Shown piece after piece: positions 48,496 to 57,061 of a DNA stretch of 64,000 bases. The DNA comes from Planctomycetota bacterium. GTDB lineage: Bacteria > Planctomycetota > B15-G4. The stretch lies in contig DASUFI010000217.1 of NCBI GenBank assembly GCA_036274635.1, positions 266 to 64,265 on the forward strand, read 5' to 3'. Positions within the stretch are counted from its first letter, which is position 1. Each line of letters opens with the position of its first letter. Under the pieces are notes generated by a model. It did no database searches. It worked only from the letters and a program-made list of their open reading frames with translations, and was not told the origin of the DNA. The position numbers were made by a program, and so were the translations under genes.

Positions 48496-49230
48496 CTAGA
48501 CCCTGGTCGCCGGGCCGCCGTCCTCGGAGGCCTCTTCCTCCGCCTCGTCCTCGGCGTCGGGCACGGTCGGACGGGCCTCGTCCTGCGGCAGGGCCCCGGT
48601 GACGAAGGTGCCCACCACGTTCGCGCCCGCATCCGCGAGGCTCGCCAGGGAGCGCTCGGCATCCTTGCGGCGCGTCTCCTCGATGGCCACGATGAGCAGG
48701 ACGCCGTCCGCGAGGCGCCCCAGCTCGCAGGCGTCCGAGAAGGCCAGCACCGGCGGGCTGTCGATGAGCACGTACTCGAACTGCCGCTTCAGCACGGCGA
48801 TGAGCTCCTGCATGTAGGCGCTCGTGAACACCTCGCCGGGGTTGTCGACGGCGCGTCCGGCAGGCAGCAGGGTGAGGTTGGTCAGGGGGGTCTGCTGCAG
48901 CGCCTTGCGCGGGGGCAAGCCGTCCAGCAGCACGTCCCCGAGGCCCGGGGTCCCCAGGCAGCCCAGCAGCCTGTGCAGCTGGCCCGCGCGCAGGTCGGCG
49001 TCCACGAGGCAGACGCGCGCCGAGGCGCTCTCGGCCAGCGCGCAGGCGATGTTGACCACCGTGACCGACTTGCCTTCGCGCGGCTGCGCGGACGTGAACA
49101 GCAGCGTGCGCGGCTCGCCCTGAGGGTTCATGGCGCGCAGGTTGGTGCGGAAGCCCCGGTACTGCTCGGCCTGCTGCCCGGCCGGATCGTGGTAGACGAC
49201 CACCCGCGGATCGACCACGTCGTCGACCAT
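48496..49230 (-). CDS. P-loop ATPase of the CpsD/CapB (BY-kinase catalytic domain)/MinD-ParA superfamily, lacking a C-terminal Tyr cluster
   Basis: The start ATG is at 49230 (MVDDVVDPRVVVYHDPAGQQAEQYRGFRTNL). It has Walker A SAQPREGKS, Walker A' VCLVDADLR and Walker B YVLIDSPP. The acidic C-terminus contains no Tyr residues. Confidence 0.75.
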   Translation of the reverse strand: MVDDVVDPRVVVYHDPAGQQAEQYRGFRTNLRAMNPQGEPRTLLFTSAQPREGKSVTVVNIACALAESASARVCLVDADLRAGQLHRLLGCLGTPGLGDVLLDGLPPRKALQQTPLTNLTLLPAGRAVDNPGEVFTSAYMQELIAVLKRQFEYVLIDSPPVLAFSDACELGRLADGVLLIVAIEETRRKDAERSLASLADAGANVVGTFVTGALPQDEARPTVPDAEDEAEEEASEDGGPATRV

Positions 49231-49382
49231 GGCGACGATGGTGCCGGGCGGCGGGCTGGGGGCGGGCTGGCGTCGGGATCGAAAGGGCCACATGGGCGCT
49301 GGCTTCATCGGCCAGGAGGATGAGGTGGGCTGAAGCGGCATCCATGACGCCGCGGAAGGAGCCTTTTTATCGCCCCGTTGAC

Positions 49383-49410
49383 CGCGATCGTGGGGTATCT
49401 CACGATCGCG
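49383..49410. promoter_or_regulatory. Palindromic operator candidate in divergent promoter region
   Basis: CGCGATCGTG-gggtatct-CACGATCGCG has perfect 10-bp arms. It lies between the divergent 49230 (-) and 49475 (+) starts and is flanked by TTGACC and TTGACG -35-like hexamers. Confidence 0.3.
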
Positions 49411-49474
49411 CGCAAGGTTTGACGGTTTTCAGCCGATGGGAACGGGTCCGCTCTGGACGTTCCCTGGGACCCCC

Positions 49475-50269
49475 ATGAGCTTCAAGCTCGCTCGCAACGT
49501 CTTCGAGGTCCTGCGCGGCTCGGCCCGCACCAAGTCGCTGGACCAGCTGCGCCGCGAAGGCCACCAGCACGTGCCCGTGCTGCGCTTCTCCGACCTCGAG
49601 GCGCTCATGGCCGCGGCCGTCGATGACACGCTCACGCGCCTCGGGCTCGACCTCGCCGACCACCAGGTTTCGGGCCTGAATGACGAGGCCCGGCTGCGCT
49701 TCCTGGCCCTGCTGCGCGAGCGTCAGCAGCTCAAGGACACGCTGGCCAACCTGCAGCGCGAAGGCGCCAAGCTGGAAGGCACGACGGAAGGCGTGCGCGC
49801 CGAGATCGAGCGCGCGCAGGCCGAGCTGGTGGAAGAGGAGGAGCACGCGCCCGCCGAGGGCACGGACGTCGAGCTGGACGCCCTGCGCGCCAAGCTGCGC
49901 GAGACGATCACCGCCATGCTGGCGGGGGTCGGCGACGCCGAGCTGCCCAACCGCATGATGGAGGCGGTGGACTCGGCCGTCGAGAACTACCGCATCCTGG
50001 TGGCGGCCCGCTCGCGACGCGAGCAGGAGGCGCGCGTCGAACAGCTGCAACGGCGGTTGCATAGGCTCCGCCACAAGCTGGAGGAGTCCGAGATCCTGCT
50101 GGCCAAGGCCCGGGCAGCCGCCAGCGCTCAGGGGGGTATCATCCCCAACTTCGACCCTGGGGCCGCGCTGCAACCCGGCGATACCGACTACCAGCAGAAG
50201 AAGGCCCTCCTCGACGAGGTCTTCAAGCTCAACGTCGAGCTGCGCAAGATGATTGCCGCAAAGGAATGA
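49475..50269 (+). CDS. Coiled-coil protein (Glu/Arg/Leu-rich)
   Basis: The ATG is at 49475 (MSFKLARNVFEVL). It has heptad-like E/R/L periodicity through residues ~70-240 and sits directly upstream of the actin-like gene. Confidence 0.6.
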   Translation: MSFKLARNVFEVLRGSARTKSLDQLRREGHQHVPVLRFSDLEALMAAAVDDTLTRLGLDLADHQVSGLNDEARLRFLALLRERQQLKDTLANLQREGAKLEGTTEGVRAEIERAQAELVEEEEHAPAEGTDVELDALRAKLRETITAMLAGVGDAELPNRMMEAVDSAVENYRILVAARSRREQEARVEQLQRRLHRLRHKLEESEILLAKARAAASAQGGIIPNFDPGAALQPGDTDYQQKKALLDEVFKLNVELRKMIAAKE

Positions 50270-50315
50270 CCCCCCAACCTGCCGATAAGAGGCACCCCCG
50301 TGCCTGGAGCTGAAC

Positions 50316-51446
50316 ATGACGAGCGCGACCATGAAGAAGGATGACGGTGCGAACATGAAGGACGGTGCGAACATGAAGAAGGACGACACCCGCAAGACCG
50401 ACGCGTCCGCCGACGCCGGTGACGAGGGCATCCTGTGGATCGGGATGGACCTCGGCACCTCGCGCACGGCCGTGGCGTCGAGCAACGGCGTGCGCGAGAA
50501 CAGCTACTCGCTGGTCGGCTGGCCGCGTGACGTGGTGTCGCGCAAGCTGCTGGGCGAAGGACCGCTGTTCGGCCCGGACGTGATCAAGCACCGCCTCTCG
50601 CTGAACGTCTTCCGCCCGCTCGAGGCCGGCGTGATCAAGGGCAGCGACGACGGCAAGGACGCCGAGGCCAACCTCAAGGCAGCGCAGGCCCTCGTGCGCT
50701 ACGCGATCAGCCTGGCGCGCGCCGAGAAGGACCAGCTCATCTACGCCGTCATCGGCGCGCCCGCGCAGTGCAGCATCAAGAACCGCAAGGCCATCGTCGA
50801 CGCCGTCAAGGACGAGGTCGACTCGGTCATGCTCGCCTCCGAGCCCTTCACGGTGGCCTACGGCCTCGAGAAGCTGACCGACACGCTGGTCATCGACATC
50901 GGCGCGGGCACCACGGACCTGTGCCGCATGCACGGCACGATGCCGGCCGAGGAGGACCAGATCACCAACAGCTTCGCGGGCGACTTCATCGACCGCAACT
51001 TCATCAAGCTCGTGAAGAAGAACCACCCCGAGCTGGCCTTCTCCGATCGCATGGCCACCGAGGCCAAGGAGAAGTACGCCGACGTGTCGAACAACGGCGC
51101 CAAGGCCATCGTGAAGTGGCCGGTGAACGGCAAGCCCACCGAGGTGGACCTCACCAGCGAGATGCGCGAGGCCTGCCTCTCGATCGTGCCCCCCATGGTC
51201 GAGTCGCTGCACAAGCTCATCGCCGACTTCGACCCGGAGTTCCAGGCCGTGCTGCGCGACAACGTCCTGCTGGGCGGCGGCGGCAGCCAGATCAAGGGCC
51301 TGGGCGACGCGCTGCAGGACTACATGGAGAAGCACCTGGGCGGTGGCAAGGTCATGACGGTCGAGGAGCCGGTCTACGCCGGCGCCAACGGCGCCCTCAA
51401 GATCGCGCGCGACATGCCCAAGGAATACTGGGAGCAGTTGACCTGA
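50316..51446 (+). CDS. Actin-like ATPase, MamK-like
   Basis: GGAG lies 8 nt upstream of the ATG. Actin-fold motifs are phosphate-1 ILWIGMDLGTSRTAVASS, phosphate-2 LVIDIGAGTTDLC and the adenosine motif NVLLGGGGSQIKGL. It also shows block-wise similarity to MamK as I recall it (LVGWPRDVVSRKLLG, AVIGAPAQ, ASEPFTVAYGLEKL, terminal PKEYWEQL). Confidence 0.8.
   Translation: MTSATMKKDDGANMKDGANMKKDDTRKTDASADAGDEGILWIGMDLGTSRTAVASSNGVRENSYSLVGWPRDVVSRKLLGEGPLFGPDVIKHRLSLNVFRPLEAGVIKGSDDGKDAEANLKAAQALVRYAISLARAEKDQLIYAVIGAPAQCSIKNRKAIVDAVKDEVDSVMLASEPFTVAYGLEKLTDTLVIDIGAGTTDLCRMHGTMPAEEDQITNSFAGDFIDRNFIKLVKKNHPELAFSDRMATEAKEKYADVSNNGAKAIVKWPVNGKPTEVDLTSEMREACLSIVPPMVESLHKLIADFDPEFQAVLRDNVLLGGGGSQIKGLGDALQDYMEKHLGGGKVMTVEEPVYAGANGALKIARDMPKEYWEQLT
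50343..50378 (+). repeat. Perfect in-frame 18-bp tandem duplication (GACGGTGCGAACATGAAG x2) inside the N-terminal low-complexity region of the MamK-like gene
   Basis: It was read directly. It encodes DGANMK twice and creates additional in-frame ATG codons. Confidence 0.85.
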
Positions 51447-51457
51447 GCGGAGCCCGC

Positions 51458-51979
51458 GTGCTCACCCCCCGCCTCGGGGCGGCCCTGCTGCTGGCCGCCC
51501 TGGGCGGCTGCAGCGGCCCCACCGAGGTGGACCGGGGCGTGTACCTGCCGCTGGTGCGGGACACCATGGACTGCCAGGCCCAGGGTCCCACTCCCGGGCT
51601 GACCGAGCGCCTGCGCGGGCTGCAGCGCATCACGCTGGCGGGCATGCGCAACGTCGAGCTGCCCGTGGACGCGGCGGGAACCGCCACCCCGGTGGGCCGG
51701 GGCGACTGGGACGTGACCCACCGCAGCTCCGAGGACAACTCGTGGTGGCTGGCCGACCGCCGCCTGCTGACGCAGGACGACGAGGGGCACTGGGTCATCG
51801 CCAACGAGGGCGTGCTCATCGGGGCGGACGACGCGCGTGCGGTGCTGCTGGACGACAATGGCCTGTTCCTGACCGCGCGTGACCCCGCCCGCGTCGGCCA
51901 GAGCGTGCTGGTCATCGCCGCGGACAACCGCCTCGTGGTCGTCGACTTGCGGGCCTGGACGTGCTTCCAGGTGCACTGA
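51458..51979 (+). CDS. Lipoprotein, hypothetical
   Basis: The GTG start at 51458 is 11 nt after the actin-like stop, with GGAG upstream. The lipobox is LLAALGGC. Confidence 0.55.
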   Translation: MLTPRLGAALLLAALGGCSGPTEVDRGVYLPLVRDTMDCQAQGPTPGLTERLRGLQRITLAGMRNVELPVDAAGTATPVGRGDWDVTHRSSEDNSWWLADRRLLTQDDEGHWVIANEGVLIGADDARAVLLDDNGLFLTARDPARVGQSVLVIAADNRLVVVDLRAWTCFQVH

Positions 51980-52058
51980 GCCCCGTCCGGCGACCGGGGG
52001 GCCCGCGGCACGCCCCCGCTGACAGACGCCCTGCCGGGACATAAGATCGCCGGTGGCC

Positions 52059-52199
52059 ATGCGGACCTACCTGCAGTTCCTCCGGCGGCATCCGGTGTGG
52101 TGGGTCACCCCCATCGTCCTCTACCTGGGGGCGCTGCTCTGGCTGGCGTCGCTGGTGGCGCGGACGCCGGACAATCCCTTCGCCTACACGCTGTACTGA
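52059..52199 (+). CDS. Small membrane protein (46 aa), DUF5989-like
   Basis: It is not in the ORF track. MRTYLQFLRRHPVWWVTPIVLYLGALLWLASLVARTPDNPFAYTLY matches the FLRxxKWWLxP...PFIYTLF pattern of small membrane peptides found in surface-polysaccharide/carbamoyltransferase-type loci. Confidence 0.5.
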   Translation: MRTYLQFLRRHPVWWVTPIVLYLGALLWLASLVARTPDNPFAYTLY

Positions 52200-52221
52200 G
52201 CCCGCGGACGCGGCAAGGGGC

Positions 52222-53796
52222 ATGATGCCGGTGGTCGAGACATCGCCCGCGCCCCCGAACCTGCCCGTCGCGCGCCGGCTGCTCTACGCCGCGCTGACCA
52301 CGCTGCTCTTCGCCGCCGCGCTGGAGGGCGCGCTCGCGGCGCTGGGCCTGGCCAATCCCGCCGCGCGCCTGTCGCTCACGCGCGGCTTCTCGACCCGCGC
52401 ACGCTACTTCGTGCCGGACCCGGCGCAGCCCGGCACCGTGCACACGCAGATGTTCTCGGGCGACTCGCCCGAGGTCGTCGTGCCCCCGCGCGGCCCGCGC
52501 GTGCGCGTGCTCCTCATGGGCGAGAGCAGCACCGAGGGCTTTCCCGAGGAGTACATCCAGGAGCGCCTCGACGCCGCGCTGCCCGACCCGGGCTTCGAGG
52601 TCATCAACCTCGGCCGGCACGGCTACGGCAGCGAGCGCGTGCGCATCCTGCTGGCGCAGGCGCTGGAGCTGCACCCCGACGTGGTCTTCATCTACCTCGG
52701 GCACAACGAATTCGTGGAGCAGGGCTTCGCGCTCGAGCTGGCGCGGGAGTGGCACTCGGGAGTCGCGCTCGAGGCGGTCGACTGGCTGGCGCGCCTGCGC
52801 ACGATGAACGCCGCGATCGAGGTGGCGGAGAGCATCGCCCCGGGGCCGTCCGCGCGGCCCGAGTCCCAGCAGGCGGAGCGCGCGGACGCCTTCCGCGAGC
52901 TCACCTATGACCGCACCGTGCTCTTCTACAAGGTCTACCGCGACAACCTGGCCGCCATGGTCGAGCTGGCGCGCGAGGCGGGCGCGGGGGTGCTGCTGTC
53001 CACGGTCGTGCCCAACGACTTCGACCCGCCCGCGGTCTCCACCTTCCCCGTCAACCTGCCCGAGACCACGCGCGCCGACGTGTTCCGCCTGCGCGGCCTG
53101 GCGCTGGGCGCCATCCCGGAGCGCTTCCGGAAGGGGCTGATCCAGACGAGCCCGGAGGCGGGAGTCATCCACCTGCGGCCGTCCGACTGGGGCGAGCTGG
53201 CGCCCCCCGCCGAGCTGGCGGCGCGCCGCGCCCGCGCCGCAGTGCCCGCGCCACCCGAGCTGCGCGCGCTGTCCGCGCCCTTCGCGGGCCCGCCGCTGTG
53301 GAGCGACCCGCGCGACTGGTCCGCCGCGGTGCCCGAGCTGCTGGACACCTGCGCACAGGTCGTGCAGCGCGCGCCGACGGAGGACGAGCGCCGCCTGCTG
53401 TCCGTGACCGCCACGCGCCTCAACGAGGTGTTGACCATCTGCCCCGACCACCCCATCACCTTGTTCGAGCTGGGCCTGGTGCGCTACCTGCTGGGCGACG
53501 ACGACGGCGCGGCGCGCCTGCTGCACGCGGCCGCCGCCTACGACCGCGCGCCGACGCACGGCAACGACGTGATCAACGGCGTGGTGCGCGAGCTGGCCGC
53601 GCAGCACGCCGACGACCCGGACGTGCGCTGCGTGGACGCCGAGCAGCTCGTGCGCGCCGCCTGCCCCGAGGGTCTGGTGGGCTACGAGCTCATGATGGAC
53701 AACTGCCACCTGCACGCGCAGGCGCGCTACGCCCTGGTGGACATGTTCGTGCCGCAGCTCCTCGAGCTGGGCCGCGCGGCCCTGACGCGCCGCTGA
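52222..53796 (+). CDS. Membrane-anchored SGNH/GDSL-like hydrolase-fold protein, paralogue 1 of 3
   Basis: It has an N-terminal TM anchor (LLYAALTTLLFAAALEGALA). Candidate SGNH blocks are block I VLLMGESSTEGF, block II NLGRHGYGS, block III YLGHNEF and block V MMDNCHLH (DxxH), followed by a ~250-aa helical C-terminal domain. AAGGGG lies upstream of the ATG. Confidence 0.65.
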   Translation: MMPVVETSPAPPNLPVARRLLYAALTTLLFAAALEGALAALGLANPAARLSLTRGFSTRARYFVPDPAQPGTVHTQMFSGDSPEVVVPPRGPRVRVLLMGESSTEGFPEEYIQERLDAALPDPGFEVINLGRHGYGSERVRILLAQALELHPDVVFIYLGHNEFVEQGFALELAREWHSGVALEAVDWLARLRTMNAAIEVAESIAPGPSARPESQQAERADAFRELTYDRTVLFYKVYRDNLAAMVELAREAGAGVLLSTVVPNDFDPPAVSTFPVNLPETTRADVFRLRGLALGAIPERFRKGLIQTSPEAGVIHLRPSDWGELAPPAELAARRARAAVPAPPELRALSAPFAGPPLWSDPRDWSAAVPELLDTCAQVVQRAPTEDERRLLSVTATRLNEVLTICPDHPITLFELGLVRYLLGDDDGAARLLHAAAAYDRAPTHGNDVINGVVRELAAQHADDPDVRCVDAEQLVRAACPEGLVGYELMMDNCHLHAQARYALVDMFVPQLLELGRAALTRR

Positions 53797-53797
53797 C

Positions 53798-55366
53798 GTG
53801 GACGCCACCAGCCAGCCGCCGCCGCGCCTCGGCCTCCTGCGCCGCCTGCTCTACGCGGCGCTGACCCTGCTGCTCTTCGCCGCGCTGCTCGAGGGCGCGC
53901 TGGCCGTGGTGGACGTGGGCAACCCGCTCGGGCGCCTCTCGCTCACGCGCGGCTTCAATCCCGCCGTGCACTACTTCGCGGAGGTGCCGGACGCGCCCGG
54001 CACCGTGCGCACACAGATGTTCAACCGCGAGTCGCCCGAGGTGACCATCCCGCCCAGGGACGACCGCGTGCGCGTCATGCTCTTCGGCGAGAGCAACACC
54101 GAGGGCTTCCGCGAGGAGAAGCTGCAGGCCAGCCTCGAGAAGGCCATGCCCGGCACGCGCTTCCAGGTGCTGAACCTCGGCCGGCACGGCTACGGCAGCG
54201 AGCGCGTGCGCATCCTCATGACGCAGGCGCTGGAGTACAAGCCCGACATCGCCCTCATCTACCTCGGGCACAACGAGTTCATCGAGAAGGGCTTCGCGGC
54301 CGAGATCGCGGAGCAGTGGAAGCAGCCGTGGCTGCTGCGCGTGACCGAGAAGCTCTCCGCGCTGCGCACCATGAACCTGGGCGTCTCGGTCGTCGAGCGC
54401 CTGATGGCCGGCCCGCTCGCACCGCCGCCGGAGTCGTGGCAGAAGCGCAACGAGATCTTCGCCGGCCTCAGCTGGGACAAGACCCAGCTCTTCTACGACG
54501 TGTACCGCGAGAACCTCACCGCCATGTACGAGCTGGCGCGCAAGGCGGGCACGAAGGTGGTGCTGGCCACGGTGCTGGGCAACGACTTCGACCCGCCCGT
54601 GGTGAGCACGCCGCCCGCCGGCATGACCGAGGAGAAGCAGCGCCAGATGTCCAAGCTGCGGCGCGAGGCGCTCGACCTCATCCCCAGGCGCTTCTGCCCC
54701 GGCGTGCTGGCCACCGGCCCCGACAACCCGGTCATCCGCCTGCGGCCCACGGACTGGGGCGAGTCGGTCACCAGGGAGGCGCTCGCGGAGCGCCGCGCGG
54801 CGGCGACGCCGCGCACGCTGCCCCAGCTGCGGCCGTGCACCGGCGAGCTGTCCGGCGCGCCCTTCTGGAACGACTCCGACGTCTGGCTGCCGCAGGTCTT
54901 CAAGCTCATGGACACCGAGGGCCAGATCTGCGCGCGGCAGCTCGACGACGCGGAGCGCGCCGGGCTGCGCCGGGCCTGCCAGCTCTACCAGCAGATCCTG
55001 CAGATCTGCCCGGAGATCCCGGTGGCGCTGTACGAGCTGGGCCTGTGCACCTACCTGCTGGGCGAGGACGACGCCCGCGCCGCCGAGCTGCTGCGCCAGG
55101 CGGCGCACTTCGATCGTGCGCCGACGCGCGGCACCGACATCATCAACGGCATCGTGCGCTCGCTGGCCGCCTCCAACGCCGACGACCCGGGCACGCGCTT
55201 CGTGGACATCGAGCACTGGTTCCAGGAGCGCAGTCCGCAGGAGCTGGTGGGCTACGAGGTCATGATGGACAACTGCCACCTGCACGAGATCTCGCGCGCC
55301 ATCCTCGTGGACCAGTTCGTCGCTCCGATGGTCGAGCTGTCCCGGCAGGTCCTGGCCGAGCGTTGA
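53798..55366 (+). CDS. Membrane-anchored SGNH/GDSL-like hydrolase-fold protein, paralogue 2 of 3
   Basis: The GTG start is 2 nt after the previous stop. It is collinear with paralogue 1 (GESNTEGF, NLGRHGYGSERV, YLGHNEF, MMDNCHLH). Confidence 0.65.
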   Translation: MDATSQPPPRLGLLRRLLYAALTLLLFAALLEGALAVVDVGNPLGRLSLTRGFNPAVHYFAEVPDAPGTVRTQMFNRESPEVTIPPRDDRVRVMLFGESNTEGFREEKLQASLEKAMPGTRFQVLNLGRHGYGSERVRILMTQALEYKPDIALIYLGHNEFIEKGFAAEIAEQWKQPWLLRVTEKLSALRTMNLGVSVVERLMAGPLAPPPESWQKRNEIFAGLSWDKTQLFYDVYRENLTAMYELARKAGTKVVLATVLGNDFDPPVVSTPPAGMTEEKQRQMSKLRREALDLIPRRFCPGVLATGPDNPVIRLRPTDWGESVTREALAERRAAATPRTLPQLRPCTGELSGAPFWNDSDVWLPQVFKLMDTEGQICARQLDDAERAGLRRACQLYQQILQICPEIPVALYELGLCTYLLGEDDARAAELLRQAAHFDRAPTRGTDIINGIVRSLAASNADDPGTRFVDIEHWFQERSPQELVGYEVMMDNCHLHEISRAILVDQFVAPMVELSRQVLAER

Positions 55367-55368
55367 GC

Positions 55369-56940
55369 ATGCACCCGGCTTCGGCAGAGGCGCGCGCCGA
55401 CGCCGGCCTCACCTGGCGGCGCCGCGCGCTGTACGCGCTGCTGACCCTGATGCTGTTCGCGGCGGCGCTCGAGGTCGTGCTGCGCCTGGTGGTCGCGGAC
55501 GCTCCCGGCGGCCGGTTGTCGGTCTCGCGCGGCTTCTCGCCGAACGCCGAGTACATCGTGCCCGATGCGGCCCGCCCCGGTTGGTGGCACACGCAGATGA
55601 ACGGCGCCGAGGCGCCCGAGGTCGCGGTGCCGCCCAAGGGCCGCGCGCTGCGCGTGATCATGATCGGCGGCAGCAACGTGGCCGGCTTCCAGAAGGAGCA
55701 CCTGCAGCAGACGCTGTGCGCGCAGCTGCCCAACCCGGGCTTCGAGGTGGTCAACCTCGGGCGCTCGGGCTACGGCAGCGAGCGCGAGCTCATCCTGCTC
55801 AAGCAGGCGCTCGTGCTGCAGCCGGACGTCGTGCTCATCTACTGCGGCCACAACGAGTTCGTGGAGGGCGGCTTCGCCTGGGAGCTGTCGCAGGCCTGGC
55901 GCCCGTCCGTCGTGCGCGTCGCCGACGCGCTGCTCGGCCTGCGCACGGTGAACGCGGCCGTGGACCTGCTGCGCGGAGGCGGCGAGCCGGCGCGCCTGCC
56001 CGAGGCGCGCCGCCCGCGCCGCAAGGTCTTCGACGACATGACCCCCGAGCGCGCGGCCGTCTTCTACGACGTCTTCCGCGACAACCTCGCCGCGATGGTC
56101 GGCGCCTGCCGCGCGGCCGGCGTGCGCGTGCTGCTGGCCACGGTCGTGAGCAACCTCTTCGACCCGCCCTACGTCTCCAACCCGCCCGCCGACTGGGACG
56201 AGGCGCGGCGCGCGGCGCTGGTCGCAGCCCGCGACCGCATGCTCGCGCTGGTGCCCGCGCGCCTCAGCTTCGGCCTCGTGCCCGAGGGCCCCGGCCTGCG
56301 CTGGCCGCACCCGCGCACGGAGGACTGGGGCGAGAACCTCACGCCGACCCAGCGCGACGAGCGCCGCGCGCAGGCGGGGCCGGACGTCACCGCGCCCGCG
56401 CTGCGGCCGCACGCCGGTGTGCTGGCCGCCGCGCCGTTCTGGACCGACCCGGCCCTGTGGACCCCCAAGGTCGCCGACGCGGTGGCCGCCTTCGGCCGGG
56501 TGTGCGCGCGCGAGCTCTCGGAGGACGAGCGCGTCGCGCTGCGCGCCGCGCGGTCCGCGGGCGACGAGGTGCTGGCGCTGTGCCCCGACGACCCCACCAC
56601 GCTCTACGCCCAGGGGCTGTGCACCTACATGCTGGGCGAGGACGACGCGCGCGCCGCCGCCCTGCTGCACGCGGCCGCCGCGGCCGACCGCGCGCCGACC
56701 AAGGGCAACGACCTGATCAACGCCGGCGTGCGCGAGCTGGCCGCCGCGCACGCCGCCGACGCCGGCCTGCGCTTCGTGGACACGGACGAGCTGTGGCGCG
56801 CGCGCTGCCCGCAGGGCCTGCCCGGCTACGAGGTCATGCTCGACAGCTGCCACCTGCACCCCGCGGCGCGCCTCATCCTGGTCGACGACTTCGCGCCGGC
56901 GCTCGTGGAGCTGGGCCGCCAGGCGCTCGCGGAACGCTGA
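55369..56940 (+). CDS. Membrane-anchored SGNH/GDSL-like hydrolase-fold protein, paralogue 3 of 3
   Basis: The ATG is 3 nt after the previous stop. It is collinear with paralogues 1 and 2 (GGSNVAGF, NLGRSGYGSERE, YCGHNEF, MLDSCHLH). Confidence 0.65.
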   Translation: MHPASAEARADAGLTWRRRALYALLTLMLFAAALEVVLRLVVADAPGGRLSVSRGFSPNAEYIVPDAARPGWWHTQMNGAEAPEVAVPPKGRALRVIMIGGSNVAGFQKEHLQQTLCAQLPNPGFEVVNLGRSGYGSERELILLKQALVLQPDVVLIYCGHNEFVEGGFAWELSQAWRPSVVRVADALLGLRTVNAAVDLLRGGGEPARLPEARRPRRKVFDDMTPERAAVFYDVFRDNLAAMVGACRAAGVRVLLATVVSNLFDPPYVSNPPADWDEARRAALVAARDRMLALVPARLSFGLVPEGPGLRWPHPRTEDWGENLTPTQRDERRAQAGPDVTAPALRPHAGVLAAAPFWTDPALWTPKVADAVAAFGRVCARELSEDERVALRAARSAGDEVLALCPDDPTTLYAQGLCTYMLGEDDARAAALLHAAAAADRAPTKGNDLINAGVRELAAAHAADAGLRFVDTDELWRARCPQGLPGYEVMLDSCHLHPAARLILVDDFAPALVELGRQALAER

Positions 56941-57061
56941 GCCCGAGGCGATCCGGCGCGTCCGTTCCGGCCGGGCCTTGCCGCGCGGCCCGCGTTGGGC
57001 CAGACTGCGGACCGCGCGTCACCGGACCGCGGGGCCACGGGCACGGCCCCGGAGGCGGCGC

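Noticed and set aside
45368-49323. 956-aa (-) and 1231-aa (+) ORFs spanning the LMF, CarH-like and ATPase genes
   Set aside because: They are off-frame or antisense artefacts with no domain signatures and extreme Arg/Ala content.
52105-56859. Three ~530-aa minus-strand ORFs mirroring the SGNH-like paralogues
   Set aside because: They are antisense to the three plus-strand paralogues. Being triplicated only reflects the sense-strand paralogy. They have Arg/Gly/Ala composition.
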